Origin: Candidatus Poribacteria bacterium | GTDB taxonomy: Bacteria; Poribacteria; WGA-4E; WGA-3G | Direction of reading: 5' to 3' | Assembly: GCA_965214095.1 (NCBI GenBank) | Contig: OZ243938.1 | Location: 864,001 to 928,000 of the forward strand | DNA: 64,000 nt | Shown here: in pieces, positions 9,554 through 19,908 of the stretch | Numbering within the stretch: position 1 is the stretch's first letter | Layout of the letters: every line of letters starts with the position of its first letter | The notes under the pieces: model-generated | What the model saw: only the letters and a program-made list of their open reading frames with translations | Database searches by the model: none | What the model was told of the DNA's origin: nothing | Made by a program: the position numbers and the translations under genes

Positions 9554-11383
9554 TTAACGTGGAGCATCCCATAGCAGCACAGTGCTGTCCCATCCTGCGG
9601 TCGCTATGGTGTGTCCATCTGGTGAATACCTAACAAAATATGTACGTTCATGCCTTGAACTTTTTTTGTGTTTATCAGTAATCGTATGAATTACCTCATA
9701 AGTATTAGCATCCCAAATTGATATAGTTTCTCTGGGACCGGTTCCCACAATTGTTTTACCATCTGGAGAGTATCCCTGAAAATAAGTTTTTTCCTCAGTT
9801 GTGATGGTCTTAACTGGTTCGTCATCGTCCATATTCCAAAACTGCATAGTGCCACCTTTTATCCAATTAACACATACAAACTTATCCCATCCTGGTGAGA
9901 TTGCTATTGAAGTCGCAGAAATTGTTTTTACTACCTTGCTTGTGTTTATATTCCAAAAACAGATTTCTGAATCATTCGTACTGACAAGGGATTCACCATT
10001 TGGTGAAAATGCCACCGTTCTAACATGACCTTGTCCGCAATCAATGACTTTTATAGTTTCCCCCGAATCAACATCCCACAAATAGATGTTACCATTGTTA
10101 TCTCCACCTGCAAGCATCTGTCCATCAGGACTAAATGCTACTGATTCAAAACCTTCATAGTCACCTTGGAAGGTGCGTCCCAATTTACCAGTTTTAGTAT
10201 TCAGGAGAAATATTGTGTCATATCGATTTGGACCAGGACCACATGCAAGTGTCACACCATCTGGTGCATAAGCGATACAAGCGATGTTAGTCTTACCTGG
10301 ATAGTAGGTTTTTTTTAGTTTGCCAGTGATGGCGTTCCATAATCGAAGACTGGGACCGCTACTTAAAGTAACAAGGGTACTTCCATCAGGTGAATAAGTC
10401 ATATCCCGAAACATCTCTGCATATCCAGTTAAAGTGCGAATTGATTTAGAAGTAGCAACATCCCAGAACTGAATTGTGCCGTCACCCCCGGCGTTTACAA
10501 GCGTATTTCCATCTGGTGAAAATGAAATATGATAGGTTGTATCAGCCGGACTATCAATAGTTTTGGATAGGTTGCAAGTGGCAACATCCCAAAACTGAAT
10601 TGTATCATCTCCGTAATTAGAACTGACAAGTATGTTATTAGTTGGACTGAATACTATTGTATGAACACCGTGTAGTGCTGAAGTGGCTTCTATTTCTATG
10701 TTTCGCTTCTTATGACTTGTATGCAGTTCCCACAACCGAATTGTCCCATCAGCACTACAACTTGCTAAATACTTACCATCATAAGAAAAAGCAATACCAG
10801 ATATATCACCTTTATGGCCGTTAAAGGATTGCAGGAATTCTCCAGAGTAAGCATTCCACATGTAGATCATTTTATCCCTTCCATAACTAACAAGAACTTT
10901 CCCATCTAGGGAATAGAGAACTTCAATCACAGCACCTGCGTGCCCTGCAAAGGTTTGTAGAAGTTCCTCAGATTCAACATTCCACAACCGAATTGTTTCG
11001 TCATTACCTCCACTTGCGAGTGTTTTTCCATCAGGACTAAACACAACTGAATAAACACTATCTTGATGTCCAATTAGTTTAGCCATATTCTCACCGGTTT
11101 GCAGATTCCATAGTAGTATTGTGCCGTCACAGCCATCGGAAGCAAGTAGTTGGTTGTCTGGACTGAAGGCAATAGTTGTACAACTTTCCATGTGTTCTAC
11201 AAATAGATTAAGTTCTTTACCAGTGTTTGCATCATACAACCAAATTCCAATTGTCCCTGCGGCAGCAAGCAGTTTGCCATCCGGGGAATGTGCCATATCA
11301 AATATGTGTCCCTTCCCTAAGCGTGCTTTTGCTCCTTCGGGTAATTTCCATTTTGTAACATCTTGATGAAGATTGTTTTGCAT
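9554..11383 (-). CDS. WD40-repeat protein, type B (divergent)
   Basis: WD40 repeats. The N-terminus MQNNLHQDVTKWKLPEGAKARLGKG is identical to 13612-15408, and it ends ATAGWDSTVLLW. Confidence 0.92.
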   Translation of the reverse strand: MQNNLHQDVTKWKLPEGAKARLGKGHIFDMAHSPDGKLLAAAGTIGIWLYDANTGKELNLFVEHMESCTTIAFSPDNQLLASDGCDGTILLWNLQTGENMAKLIGHQDSVYSVVFSPDGKTLASGGNDETIRLWNVESEELLQTFAGHAGAVIEVLYSLDGKVLVSYGRDKMIYMWNAYSGEFLQSFNGHKGDISGIAFSYDGKYLASCSADGTIRLWELHTSHKKRNIEIEATSALHGVHTIVFSPTNNILVSSNYGDDTIQFWDVATCNLSKTIDSPADTTYHISFSPDGNTLVNAGGDGTIQFWDVATSKSIRTLTGYAEMFRDMTYSPDGSTLVTLSSGPSLRLWNAITGKLKKTYYPGKTNIACIAYAPDGVTLACGPGPNRYDTIFLLNTKTGKLGRTFQGDYEGFESVAFSPDGQMLAGGDNNGNIYLWDVDSGETIKVIDCGQGHVRTVAFSPNGESLVSTNDSEICFWNINTSKVVKTISATSIAISPGWDKFVCVNWIKGGTMQFWNMDDDEPVKTITTEEKTYFQGYSPDGKTIVGTGPRETISIWDANTYEVIHTITDKHKKSSRHERTYFVRYSPDGHTIATAGWDSTVLLWDAPR

Positions 11384-13700
11384 AGGAGTTTCTCCATTTT
11401 GTTAATTGATGATAAATGGCTGCATGTCGGGTTTCGTGCCTCTACCCGACCTACAAGATTCGTGTAGATAGAACGGTAGTCGCGCAATTCATTGCGCCTC
11501 TTATATTCAAATTCAAATGGGTAAATCATTTATGGAATTGGTAGACATTTGCAGTAATTGATACTCTCAGTATACCACAATTACATTGACAGATGCACTC
11601 TTCTCCACTTTGTATAACATTGTATAAAAGGCACTTCGTATATTGATATGCCTAAAACTTACTCATATCCCACAAAAGGACAGTTCCATCAGAACTGACA
11701 CTTGCAACCGTTTCCCCATCCGGAGAAAACGCAACATCATTGATAATCTGTGTATGTCCAGTAAACTTCTGTAGGAGTTCTCCAGATTGTGCATTCCAAA
11801 TGTGTACAACTTTTTCATTCTCAGAACTATTCGCCAGCAATCTACCATCAGGAGAACATGCAAGATGCGTTACAACTCCGGCATCTGATATTGATGGACG
11901 TGTCAACTCACCTGTGGCAACATCCCAAGAACGGATCGTTCCATCCGCACTACCACTTACAACCGTTTTCCCATCAGAAGAAAACACCAAGGTATTAACT
12001 TCCTTTTCGTGTCCAGTTAACGTTGTAAGGAGAGTCTGACTGTCAACATCCCATATCATGATTGTTTTGTCATTGCTACCACTTGCAAGCTTTCTTCCAT
12101 CTGGAGAAAATGCAACAGAATTGACTTCATCCGTATGTTCACTGAAAGTCATCAAGCATTCTCCAATCAGATAAAGTTCCCCCTTACAAATCTCCCATAT
12201 ACATACTTTGTTACCTCTGGTACCGGTCGCGAGCATACATCCATCAGGTGAAATTGCTATAGAAGAAAATGTTGTTCCATCTCCTCTGAAACTTCCGAGA
12301 AACCGACCAGTTGCTACATCCCACAAACGTGCTTTGTTAGAAGAATCTCTTGTCACAAGCATCTTTCCATCTCTTGAAAATTTGATTGAATGGACATCCG
12401 ATTGCCGAACAAAGGTAGTATTTATCTGTTTGCTATTTTGTAAATCCCACCACTGGACTTCGTTTTCTCCACCACAAGTCAACGTTTTCCCGTCAGGAGA
12501 AAATGTTACAGAATAGAGTTCCATTGGTCTGTGATCGAGTATGGTAATCCTTAATTCACCTGTGTTTGCATCCCACATTCGGACCGTGCCATCATCACTG
12601 CCACTGGCAATTGTCTCTCCATCAGGTGAATAAGAAACCGAAAGCACCTCGTCTCCGTGTGCCATACTATTCAGTAGTTCTGCTGTATCAACATCCCATA
12701 TATCAACTCTGTACCAACGGCTACCTGTCACAAGTTTGCTTCCATCCGGTGAAAACTCCATTGACTTAAACTCACCTACCCACTCAGTATTATTACTGAG
12801 TCGTTTACCAGTTTCTAACTCCCAAAACTGCAAAGGACCATCTCCTGTAGCAAGAATTTTCTGATCAGGTGAAATGGCAGCAGCATTAAAGTTAGTTTCA
12901 AGGTATATCTCTTTCACAATTTCATAGTCTTGTGTATCCCAATATGCAATTTGTGACTCCTTATTTTCGGTATTGCCTACGGTAAGAAGATGTGTACTAT
13001 CAGAAGTATATGTCATAATTGCGTACGGCGATAAATCTGTTAAACAAGATTTTAAAAGCTCACAAGTATCAACATCCCAAATCTTGATTGTCCAATATGC
13101 ACTTGCACTTGCAAGTTTATCTCCTGTCACATTGAATGTTAAATACTCATCTTCATCTTTATGTCCAACACAAGTGCCTTTTAGCCGACACGTCTTTGTA
13201 TCCCAAATATGGATCGCTTTGTTTTCACCACTCGTAGCGAAGAATTTTCCATCTGCGCTGAAGGCAATAGTCGTAACAGGTGTAGTATCCTCTGTCAGTA
13301 AGTCAAGTGCTTCTCCTGTTTCTGAATCATAGACCCAGACACCGATGGATGAAACGACAGCCAATCGTTTTCCATCAGGGAAAAATTTGACTTGATTTAT
13401 TTTTCCTCTCCCAAGACGGGTCTTTGCACCATCTGGTAATCCTACCTGATCGAGTTTATGAGAAATGGTTGCATCGTCGTTTATTAACATAGCTTGAATT
13501 CTCCTTTAACAATACACTTTACTATAACAAAATCTGTTCGTAGTCGCGCAATTCATTGCGCCTCGGACATTTCTTTTCCATAGTGAATTTATTTATAGAA
13601 ATGTGATTAGATCATTCTACTTCTGGAACATTCCACAACTTCACCGTACTATCCCATCCAGCAGTCGCAAGTGTGCGTCCATCCGGAGAATAGGACAGAA
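11323..13700. repeat. ~2.4-kb segmental direct repeat (other copy ~15348-17720)
   Basis: Near-identical DNA at ~4.03-kb offset covering the 5' end of one B gene, the spacer, a whole A gene and the 3' end of the preceding B gene. It has one divergent patch (~12335-12560 vs ~16360-16600). Confidence 0.85.
11652..13490 (-). CDS. WD40-repeat protein, type A
   Basis: WD40 repeats; close paralogue of 15677-17518 and 19909-21741. Confidence 0.92.
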   Translation of the reverse strand: MLINDDATISHKLDQVGLPDGAKTRLGRGKINQVKFFPDGKRLAVVSSIGVWVYDSETGEALDLLTEDTTPVTTIAFSADGKFFATSGENKAIHIWDTKTCRLKGTCVGHKDEDEYLTFNVTGDKLASASAYWTIKIWDVDTCELLKSCLTDLSPYAIMTYTSDSTHLLTVGNTENKESQIAYWDTQDYEIVKEIYLETNFNAAAISPDQKILATGDGPLQFWELETGKRLSNNTEWVGEFKSMEFSPDGSKLVTGSRWYRVDIWDVDTAELLNSMAHGDEVLSVSYSPDGETIASGSDDGTVRMWDANTGELRITILDHRPMELYSVTFSPDGKTLTCGGENEVQWWDLQNSKQINTTFVRQSDVHSIKFSRDGKMLVTRDSSNKARLWDVATGRFLGSFRGDGTTFSSIAISPDGCMLATGTRGNKVCIWEICKGELYLIGECLMTFSEHTDEVNSVAFSPDGRKLASGSNDKTIMIWDVDSQTLLTTLTGHEKEVNTLVFSSDGKTVVSGSADGTIRSWDVATGELTRPSISDAGVVTHLACSPDGRLLANSSENEKVVHIWNAQSGELLQKFTGHTQIINDVAFSPDGETVASVSSDGTVLLWDMSKF

Positions 13701-15408
13701 ACCATATCCCTTCAATATGTCCATGCGTATAAGAAGCAATTAATTTACCAGTATTTGCATCACAAAAACAGATCTGATCCTTTTCCCAATATGTATAAGC
13801 GAATGTCTCTCCATTAGGAGAATAAACTACATTACTTGCTTTCTTATCAATTGTCTTTATCGGCTCATCACCATCAACATTCCAAAATTGAAGTTCAATG
13901 TCATTAATACATAGAAAGGTTTTGAAATCTGGAGAAGGTGCAACCGTGTGTCCCTGTACCTTTTTGATGGTTTCTCCAGTAGTTAAATCCCAAAATCGAA
14001 TTTCTCCATCAGTTGAACTGAAAAGTAATTGATCGTCCTGCAAAAATACAAGGTCTTTTATTTCATCTGATTCGGATTCAAGTATCTTCGTGTTTTTACC
14101 AGAAGTAACATCCCACAGATAAACGTTACCATGTTCATCACCACTTGCAAGCATCTTTCCATCAACGGAAAACGCAACAGATGTTATATCATTCAGTTGT
14201 CCTACAAAAGTCTGTTCAATCTCATTTCTTTCAGGATTTAGAATATTTATAGCGTTCTTTCTATCATCTTCATACGCTAATCTTATCCCATCTGGTGCAT
14301 AAGCTATACACCCAACTCTCTGTTTATATAGATGAATTGTTTTTAAGTGCTCACACGTTTGTGTATCCCACAAACGGAGTCTACGAGCACCATCCAATAC
14401 TGCAAGCGTGTTAGAAACAGGTGAATGTGTCATTCGCATAAACATCTGTGCGTATCCATCAAGTGTCCTTGTAGGTGAACCTAATGCAACATCCCAAAAT
14501 CGGATAGTGCCGTCACTGTGTGTATTTGCCAAAGTGTTTCCATCTGGAGAAAATATGACAAAGTAAGTTGTATCTGGTGGACTTTGTATAGTTTTTATTC
14601 GTTCTCCTTTAGTAACATCCCAAAACTGAATCACATCATCATCATAGTTGTTGCTAACGAGTGTTTTCCCATCTGGACTGAAAACAACTGCATTTACTCC
14701 ATCGGCATCCGTAGTAGCAGTTATTGTATTACGTAAGTTTCCTGTATCAGTATCCCAAATCCTGATCTTAGCATCCTGATTTCCACTTGCAAGCCTTCTA
14801 CTATCGTGTGAAAAGGAAATTGATGAAATTGTACCTGTATGTCCTTTAAGTGTGTGCAGGAACTCTCCTGTGTGTGCGTTCCAAAGGTGTATCATTTCAT
14901 CCGTACCATAACTTGCCAGTAACTCTCCGTTTGGTGAACACATCACTTCGGATACATGACCAGCATGTCCAGCAATAGTCAAAATCTGTTTACCTGATGC
15001 AACGTCCCAAAAACGAATTAATTCGTCATTTCCACCGCTAATAAGTATCTGTCTGTCTTGACTAAAAGTTACAGTTCTGACTCTATCATTATGTCCTGAG
15101 AGTGTCAACTGATGTTCGCCCGTTTGGACATCCCATATTATTATTGAGTTATCATTACTCCCGCTTGCCAAGAGTGAATTATCTGGACTAATAGCAACGC
15201 TACTCACACCATCCGTATGTCCTAAAAACAGATTGAGTTCTTTCCCAGTATGTGCATCATAAAGCCAAACACCGATAGTGCTACCCACTGCAAATAGCGA
15301 ACCATCTTTAGAATATGTAATATCAAAAGGATAACCTTTTCCAAGTCGTGCTTTTGCTCCTTCGGGTAATTTCCATTTTGTAACATCTTGATGAAGATTG
15401 TTTTGCAT
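13612..15408 (-). CDS. WD40-repeat protein, type B
   Basis: WD40 repeats; very similar to the WD40 part of 21939-24335. Confidence 0.92.
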   Translation of the reverse strand: MQNNLHQDVTKWKLPEGAKARLGKGYPFDITYSKDGSLFAVGSTIGVWLYDAHTGKELNLFLGHTDGVSSVAISPDNSLLASGSNDNSIIIWDVQTGEHQLTLSGHNDRVRTVTFSQDRQILISGGNDELIRFWDVASGKQILTIAGHAGHVSEVMCSPNGELLASYGTDEMIHLWNAHTGEFLHTLKGHTGTISSISFSHDSRRLASGNQDAKIRIWDTDTGNLRNTITATTDADGVNAVVFSPDGKTLVSNNYDDDVIQFWDVTKGERIKTIQSPPDTTYFVIFSPDGNTLANTHSDGTIRFWDVALGSPTRTLDGYAQMFMRMTHSPVSNTLAVLDGARRLRLWDTQTCEHLKTIHLYKQRVGCIAYAPDGIRLAYEDDRKNAINILNPERNEIEQTFVGQLNDITSVAFSVDGKMLASGDEHGNVYLWDVTSGKNTKILESESDEIKDLVFLQDDQLLFSSTDGEIRFWDLTTGETIKKVQGHTVAPSPDFKTFLCINDIELQFWNVDGDEPIKTIDKKASNVVYSPNGETFAYTYWEKDQICFCDANTGKLIASYTHGHIEGIWFLSYSPDGRTLATAGWDSTVKLWNVPEVE

Positions 15409-15676
15409 AGGAGTTTCTCCATTTTGTTAATTGATGATAAATGGCTGCATGTCGGGTTTCGTGCCTCTACCCGACCTACAAGATTCGTGTGGACAGAACA
15501 GTAGTCGCGCAATTCATTGCGCTTCTTATATTCAAATTCAAATGGGTAAATCATTTATAGAATTGGTAGACATTTGCGGTAAATGATACTCTCAGTATAC
15601 CACAATTACATTGACAGATGCACTCTTCTCCACTTTGTATAACATTGTATAAAAGGCACTTCGTATATTGATATGC

Positions 15677-17518
15677 CTAAAACTTACTCATATCCCACAA
15701 AAGGACAGTTCCATCAGAACTGACACTTGCAACCGTTTCCCCATCAGGCGTATACGTAAGATCATTGATAATCTGTGTATGTCCAGTAAACTTCTGTAGG
15801 AGTTCTCCAGATTGTGCATTCCAAATGTGTACAACTTTTTCATTCTCAGAACTATTCGCCAGCAATCTACCATCAGGAGAACATGCAAGATGCGTTACAA
15901 CTCCGGCATCTGATATTGATGGACGTGTCAATTCACCTGTGGCAACATCCCAAAAACGGATCGTTCCATCCGCACTACCACTTACAACCGTATCCCCATC
16001 AGAAGAAAACACCACGGTATTAACTTCCTTTTCGTGTCCCGTTAACGTTGTAAGGAGAGTCTGACTGTCAACATCCCATATCATGATTGTCATATCATCG
16101 CTTCCACTTGCAACCTTTCTTCCATCAGGAGAAAACGCAACTGAATTGACTTCATCCGTATGTTCATTGAAAGTCATCAAGCAATCTCCTATGAGATAAA
16201 GTTGCCCCTTACAAATCTCCCATAAACATACTTTGTTATCTCTGGTACCGGTCGCGAGCATACATCCATCAGGTGAAATTGCTATAGAAGAAAATTTTGT
16301 TCCATCTCCTCTAAAACTTCCGAGAAACCGACCGGTTGCTACATCCCATAAACGTGCCATGTGCGACCCATTGGAAGGGTACAATGTAACCAGAATTGCA
16401 CAATCATCGGAGAATCTAATTGAATGAACATTATTTCTCTCAAGATACGTGTTCCTTACACTCTTTCCACTCTGTAAATCCCACCACTGTATTCCATCTT
16501 CACTACCACATGTCAGCATACTGCCATCAGGCGAATAAGCAACAGAATAATTTTCTTTTGGACTGTGACCAGCAATATTAATTTTTTGTTCACCTGTCTC
16601 GGCATCCCACATTCGGACCGTGCCATCATCACTCCCACTGGCAATTGTCTCTCCATCAGGTGAATAAGACACCGAAAGCACCTCGTCTCCGTGTGCCATC
16701 CTATTCAGCAGTTCGGTTGTATCAACATTCCATAATTCGACTCTGTCCGAACGGCTGCCTGTCACAAGTCTACGTCCATCTGGTGAAAACTCCATTGACT
16801 TAAACTCACCTACCCACTCTGTATTATTACTGAGTCGTTTACCAGTTTCTAACTCCCAAAACTGCAAAGGCCCATCTCCTGTAGCAAGAATTTTCTGATC
16901 AGGTGAAATGGCAGCAGCATTAAAGTTAGTTTCAAGGTATATCTCTTTCACAATTTCATAGTCTTGTGTATCCCAATAGGCAATTTGTGACTCCTTATTT
17001 TCGGTATTGCCTACGGTAAGAAGATGAGTACTATCAGAAGTATATGTCATAATTGCGTATGACGCAAAATCTGTTAAACAAGATTTTAAAAGCTCACAGG
17101 TACCAACATCCCATACCATGATTTCACCATCTGTACTTGCAAGTTTATCTCCTCTTACATTGAATGTTAAATACTCAACATCATTTTTATGTCCAACACA
17201 AGTGCCTTTTAGCCGACACGTCTTTGTATCCCAAATATGGATTGCTTTGTTTTCACCACTCGTAGCGAAGAATTTTCCATCTGCGCTGAAGGCAATAGTC
17301 GTAACAGGTGTAGTATCCTCTGTCAGTAAGTCAAGTGCTTCTCCTGTTTCTGAATCATAGACCCAGACACCGATGGATGAAACGACAGCCAATCGTTTTC
17401 CATCAGGGAAGAATTTGACTTGATTTATTTTTCCTCTCCCAAAACGGGTTTTTGCACCATCTGGTAATCCTACCTGATCGAGTTTATGAGAAATGGTTGC
17501 ATCGTCGTCTATTAACAT
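15677..17518 (-). CDS. WD40-repeat protein, type A
   Basis: WD40 repeats; ends DGTVLLWDMSKF like 11652-13490. Confidence 0.92.
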   Translation of the reverse strand: MLIDDDATISHKLDQVGLPDGAKTRFGRGKINQVKFFPDGKRLAVVSSIGVWVYDSETGEALDLLTEDTTPVTTIAFSADGKFFATSGENKAIHIWDTKTCRLKGTCVGHKNDVEYLTFNVRGDKLASTDGEIMVWDVGTCELLKSCLTDFASYAIMTYTSDSTHLLTVGNTENKESQIAYWDTQDYEIVKEIYLETNFNAAAISPDQKILATGDGPLQFWELETGKRLSNNTEWVGEFKSMEFSPDGRRLVTGSRSDRVELWNVDTTELLNRMAHGDEVLSVSYSPDGETIASGSDDGTVRMWDAETGEQKINIAGHSPKENYSVAYSPDGSMLTCGSEDGIQWWDLQSGKSVRNTYLERNNVHSIRFSDDCAILVTLYPSNGSHMARLWDVATGRFLGSFRGDGTKFSSIAISPDGCMLATGTRDNKVCLWEICKGQLYLIGDCLMTFNEHTDEVNSVAFSPDGRKVASGSDDMTIMIWDVDSQTLLTTLTGHEKEVNTVVFSSDGDTVVSGSADGTIRFWDVATGELTRPSISDAGVVTHLACSPDGRLLANSSENEKVVHIWNAQSGELLQKFTGHTQIINDLTYTPDGETVASVSSDGTVLLWDMSKF

Positions 17519-17640
17519 AGCTTGAATTCTCCTTTAACAATACACTTTACTATAACAAAAATCTGTTTGTAGTCGCGCAATTCATTCCGCCTCGGACATT
17601 TCTTCTCCATAGTGAATTTATTTATAGAAATGTGATTAGA

Positions 17641-19452
17641 TCATTCTACTGCTGGAACATTCCACAACTTCACCGTACTATCCCATCCAGCAGTCGCAAG
17701 TGTTTGTCCATCAGGAGAATAGCACAAAAACCATATTTCTTGAATATTTTCATGGGTAAATGCTTCTATTACTACACCGGTGTGAGCATCACAAAAACAG
17801 ATCTGATCTCCTTCAAAAATTGCATACGCGAAAGTCTCTCCATTTGGAGAAAAGGCTATTTCACTTGCCATTTTATCAATTTCAAAAGACTTTATAGGTT
17901 TTTCACCATCTATTTTCCAATATTGAATTTCACCTTGACTTAAACATACAAAAGTATGTGAATCTGGTGAAGATGAGACAAAGCGTCCAGATAACTTTTT
18001 GATGGTTTCTTCAGAAGTTAAATCCCAAATTCTTATCTCTCCACCAATTGAACCGACAAGTAATTGTCCATCAGGCAAAAATGCAAGATTTCTTATATCC
18101 TGCGATTTGGATTCAAGAATCTTCGTGTTTTTGCCAGAAGTAACATCCCAGAGATAAACGTTACCATGTTCATCGCCGCCTGCAAGCGTCTTTCCATCAA
18201 CTGAAAACGCAACGGATGTAATGTCATTCAGAAGTCCTTCAAAAACCTGTTCCTTTTCTCCTGTTTCAGTATTCAAAATATAAACCCAGTTGTTTCTATC
18301 ATCGCCACAAGCCAATCTTATTCCATCTGGTGCAAAAGCACAACAAGTAACTATATGGGGATGTATATAGATATTTTTCATAAGTTTAAATGTCTTTGTA
18401 TCCCACAAATGGAGTCTGGCGAAACCACACAGTACAGCGAGAACATCTTCAACCGGTGAATATGTCATACACCTAAATATTTCTGCGTATCCATCAATTG
18501 CACGTAGTTGTGAACCCTTTGCAACATCCCAAAATCGGATTGGTCCGTCGTCGCTATCTGTAGTAGCTAATGTTTTTCCATCAGGTAAAAAAACGATATT
18601 GCACGTGGAATCTTGTGGACTCTGGATGGATTTTGTGCGTTCACCTTTAGTAACATCCCAGAACTGAATCACATCGTCACGCAAGTTGTTACTGACAAGT
18701 ATATTCTCTGTTGGACTAAACAAAACTGTATTCACCCAATCGTCATTTGTGGTAGCAGTTATTGTATTAAGTAAGTTGCCTGTATCGGTATCCCAAATCC
18801 TGATTTTTCCACCACGTTCTCCAATTGCGAACATTTTACTATCCGTAGAAAAGGAAATGTCAGAAATATAATCTTGATTACCTTTAAGTGTACGGATATA
18901 TTCGCCTGTGTGTGCGTTCCAAAGATGTATCATATTATCACCGCCATAACTTGCAAGTAACTCACCATTTGGTGAACACAGCACTTCGGATACATAGCCA
19001 GCATGTCCGGCAATAGTAAGAATTTGTTGACCTGTAGGAATATCCCAAAAACGAATTAATTCGTCATTTCCACCACTGATAAGTTTCTGTCCATCATGAC
19101 TAAAGGTTACAGATGCGACTCCATCAGTATGTTCTGAGAGTATCATCTTAAGGTTTCCCGATTGGATATCCCATAATCTGATTGTTTTGTCGCTGCTCCC
19201 ACTTGCCAAAAGTGAATTATCCGGACTAAAAGCAACACTGTGTACCCCAGCCGTGTGTTCCAAGAACAGATTGAGTTCCTTGCAAGTATGTGTATCATAA
19301 AGCCATATACCGTAAGTGCCACATGTAGCAAATAGTGAACCATCTTTGGAATATACCATATCAAAAGTACAACCTTTTCCAAGACGTGCTTTTGCTCCTT
19401 CGGGTAATTTCCATTTTGTAACATCTTGTGATTGTAAAGATTCTGCTGTCAT
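17641..19452 (-). CDS. WD40-repeat protein, type B (derived from a sigma fusion, sigma domain lost)
   Basis: Start placed at ATG 19452 after AGAGGAG. Upstream codons ...TERGEV-MTAESLQSQDVT match the sigma/WD40 junction of 21939-24335. Confidence 0.9.
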   Translation of the reverse strand: MTAESLQSQDVTKWKLPEGAKARLGKGCTFDMVYSKDGSLFATCGTYGIWLYDTHTCKELNLFLEHTAGVHSVAFSPDNSLLASGSSDKTIRLWDIQSGNLKMILSEHTDGVASVTFSHDGQKLISGGNDELIRFWDIPTGQQILTIAGHAGYVSEVLCSPNGELLASYGGDNMIHLWNAHTGEYIRTLKGNQDYISDISFSTDSKMFAIGERGGKIRIWDTDTGNLLNTITATTNDDWVNTVLFSPTENILVSNNLRDDVIQFWDVTKGERTKSIQSPQDSTCNIVFLPDGKTLATTDSDDGPIRFWDVAKGSQLRAIDGYAEIFRCMTYSPVEDVLAVLCGFARLHLWDTKTFKLMKNIYIHPHIVTCCAFAPDGIRLACGDDRNNWVYILNTETGEKEQVFEGLLNDITSVAFSVDGKTLAGGDEHGNVYLWDVTSGKNTKILESKSQDIRNLAFLPDGQLLVGSIGGEIRIWDLTSEETIKKLSGRFVSSSPDSHTFVCLSQGEIQYWKIDGEKPIKSFEIDKMASEIAFSPNGETFAYAIFEGDQICFCDAHTGVVIEAFTHENIQEIWFLCYSPDGQTLATAGWDSTVKLWNVPAVE

Positions 19453-19504
19453 AACTTCTCCTCTTTCTGTTTTTACTTCAAATCCGGTAGGTACCCCTCG
19501 TTGT

Positions 19505-19880
19505 TCGTAGTCGCTCAATTCATTGCGCATCTTGCATTAATGGAGAGGTCTCAATCCTTGAGTGCATAGTAGTAGGCACACTCCGTGTGCCGTTCCTTCT
19601 CTTGTTGGAGGGGTTTCCAACCCCAATAGATACCATAAGCGTCATCAGTGTTGATTTGGATTGATTGTTTTTTCAACATCGGTGCAGCTAATCATATCAA
19701 TAGCACGCTGAAACTTCAGACTCATAATCCTGAAAATCTCATAATCCTGAAAATCCTGGTTCAGACAAAAATGAATTACACAAACTTGACATCAATTGTG
19801 CGGTTAGGAAACCGCACATAGACATCAATTTAGTGGTTTATAGTTTGCATGTTTTCTTTAGTCCCGTAGGTACTGAGGAC
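19505..19880. repeat. cluster of REP-like palindromes and short tandem repeats
   Basis: GTAGTCGCTCAATTCATTGCGC, GTAGTAGGCACACTCCGTGTGCCGT, GTTGGAGGGGTTTCCAAC, (TCATAATCCTGAAAATC)x2 and TGCGGTTAGGAAACCGCA. Confidence 0.7.
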
Positions 19881-19908
19881 ACGCTTAGAATCGCATTTAT
19901 TAATATGC

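Noticed and set aside
11317-15554. Repeated small ORF MIYPFEFEYK(R/K)RNELRDY (11317-11529, 15222-15554)
   Set aside because: It is a translation of REP and spacer DNA overlapping the B-gene start out of frame. RNELRDY also appears wherever that REP occurs (19530, 48960).
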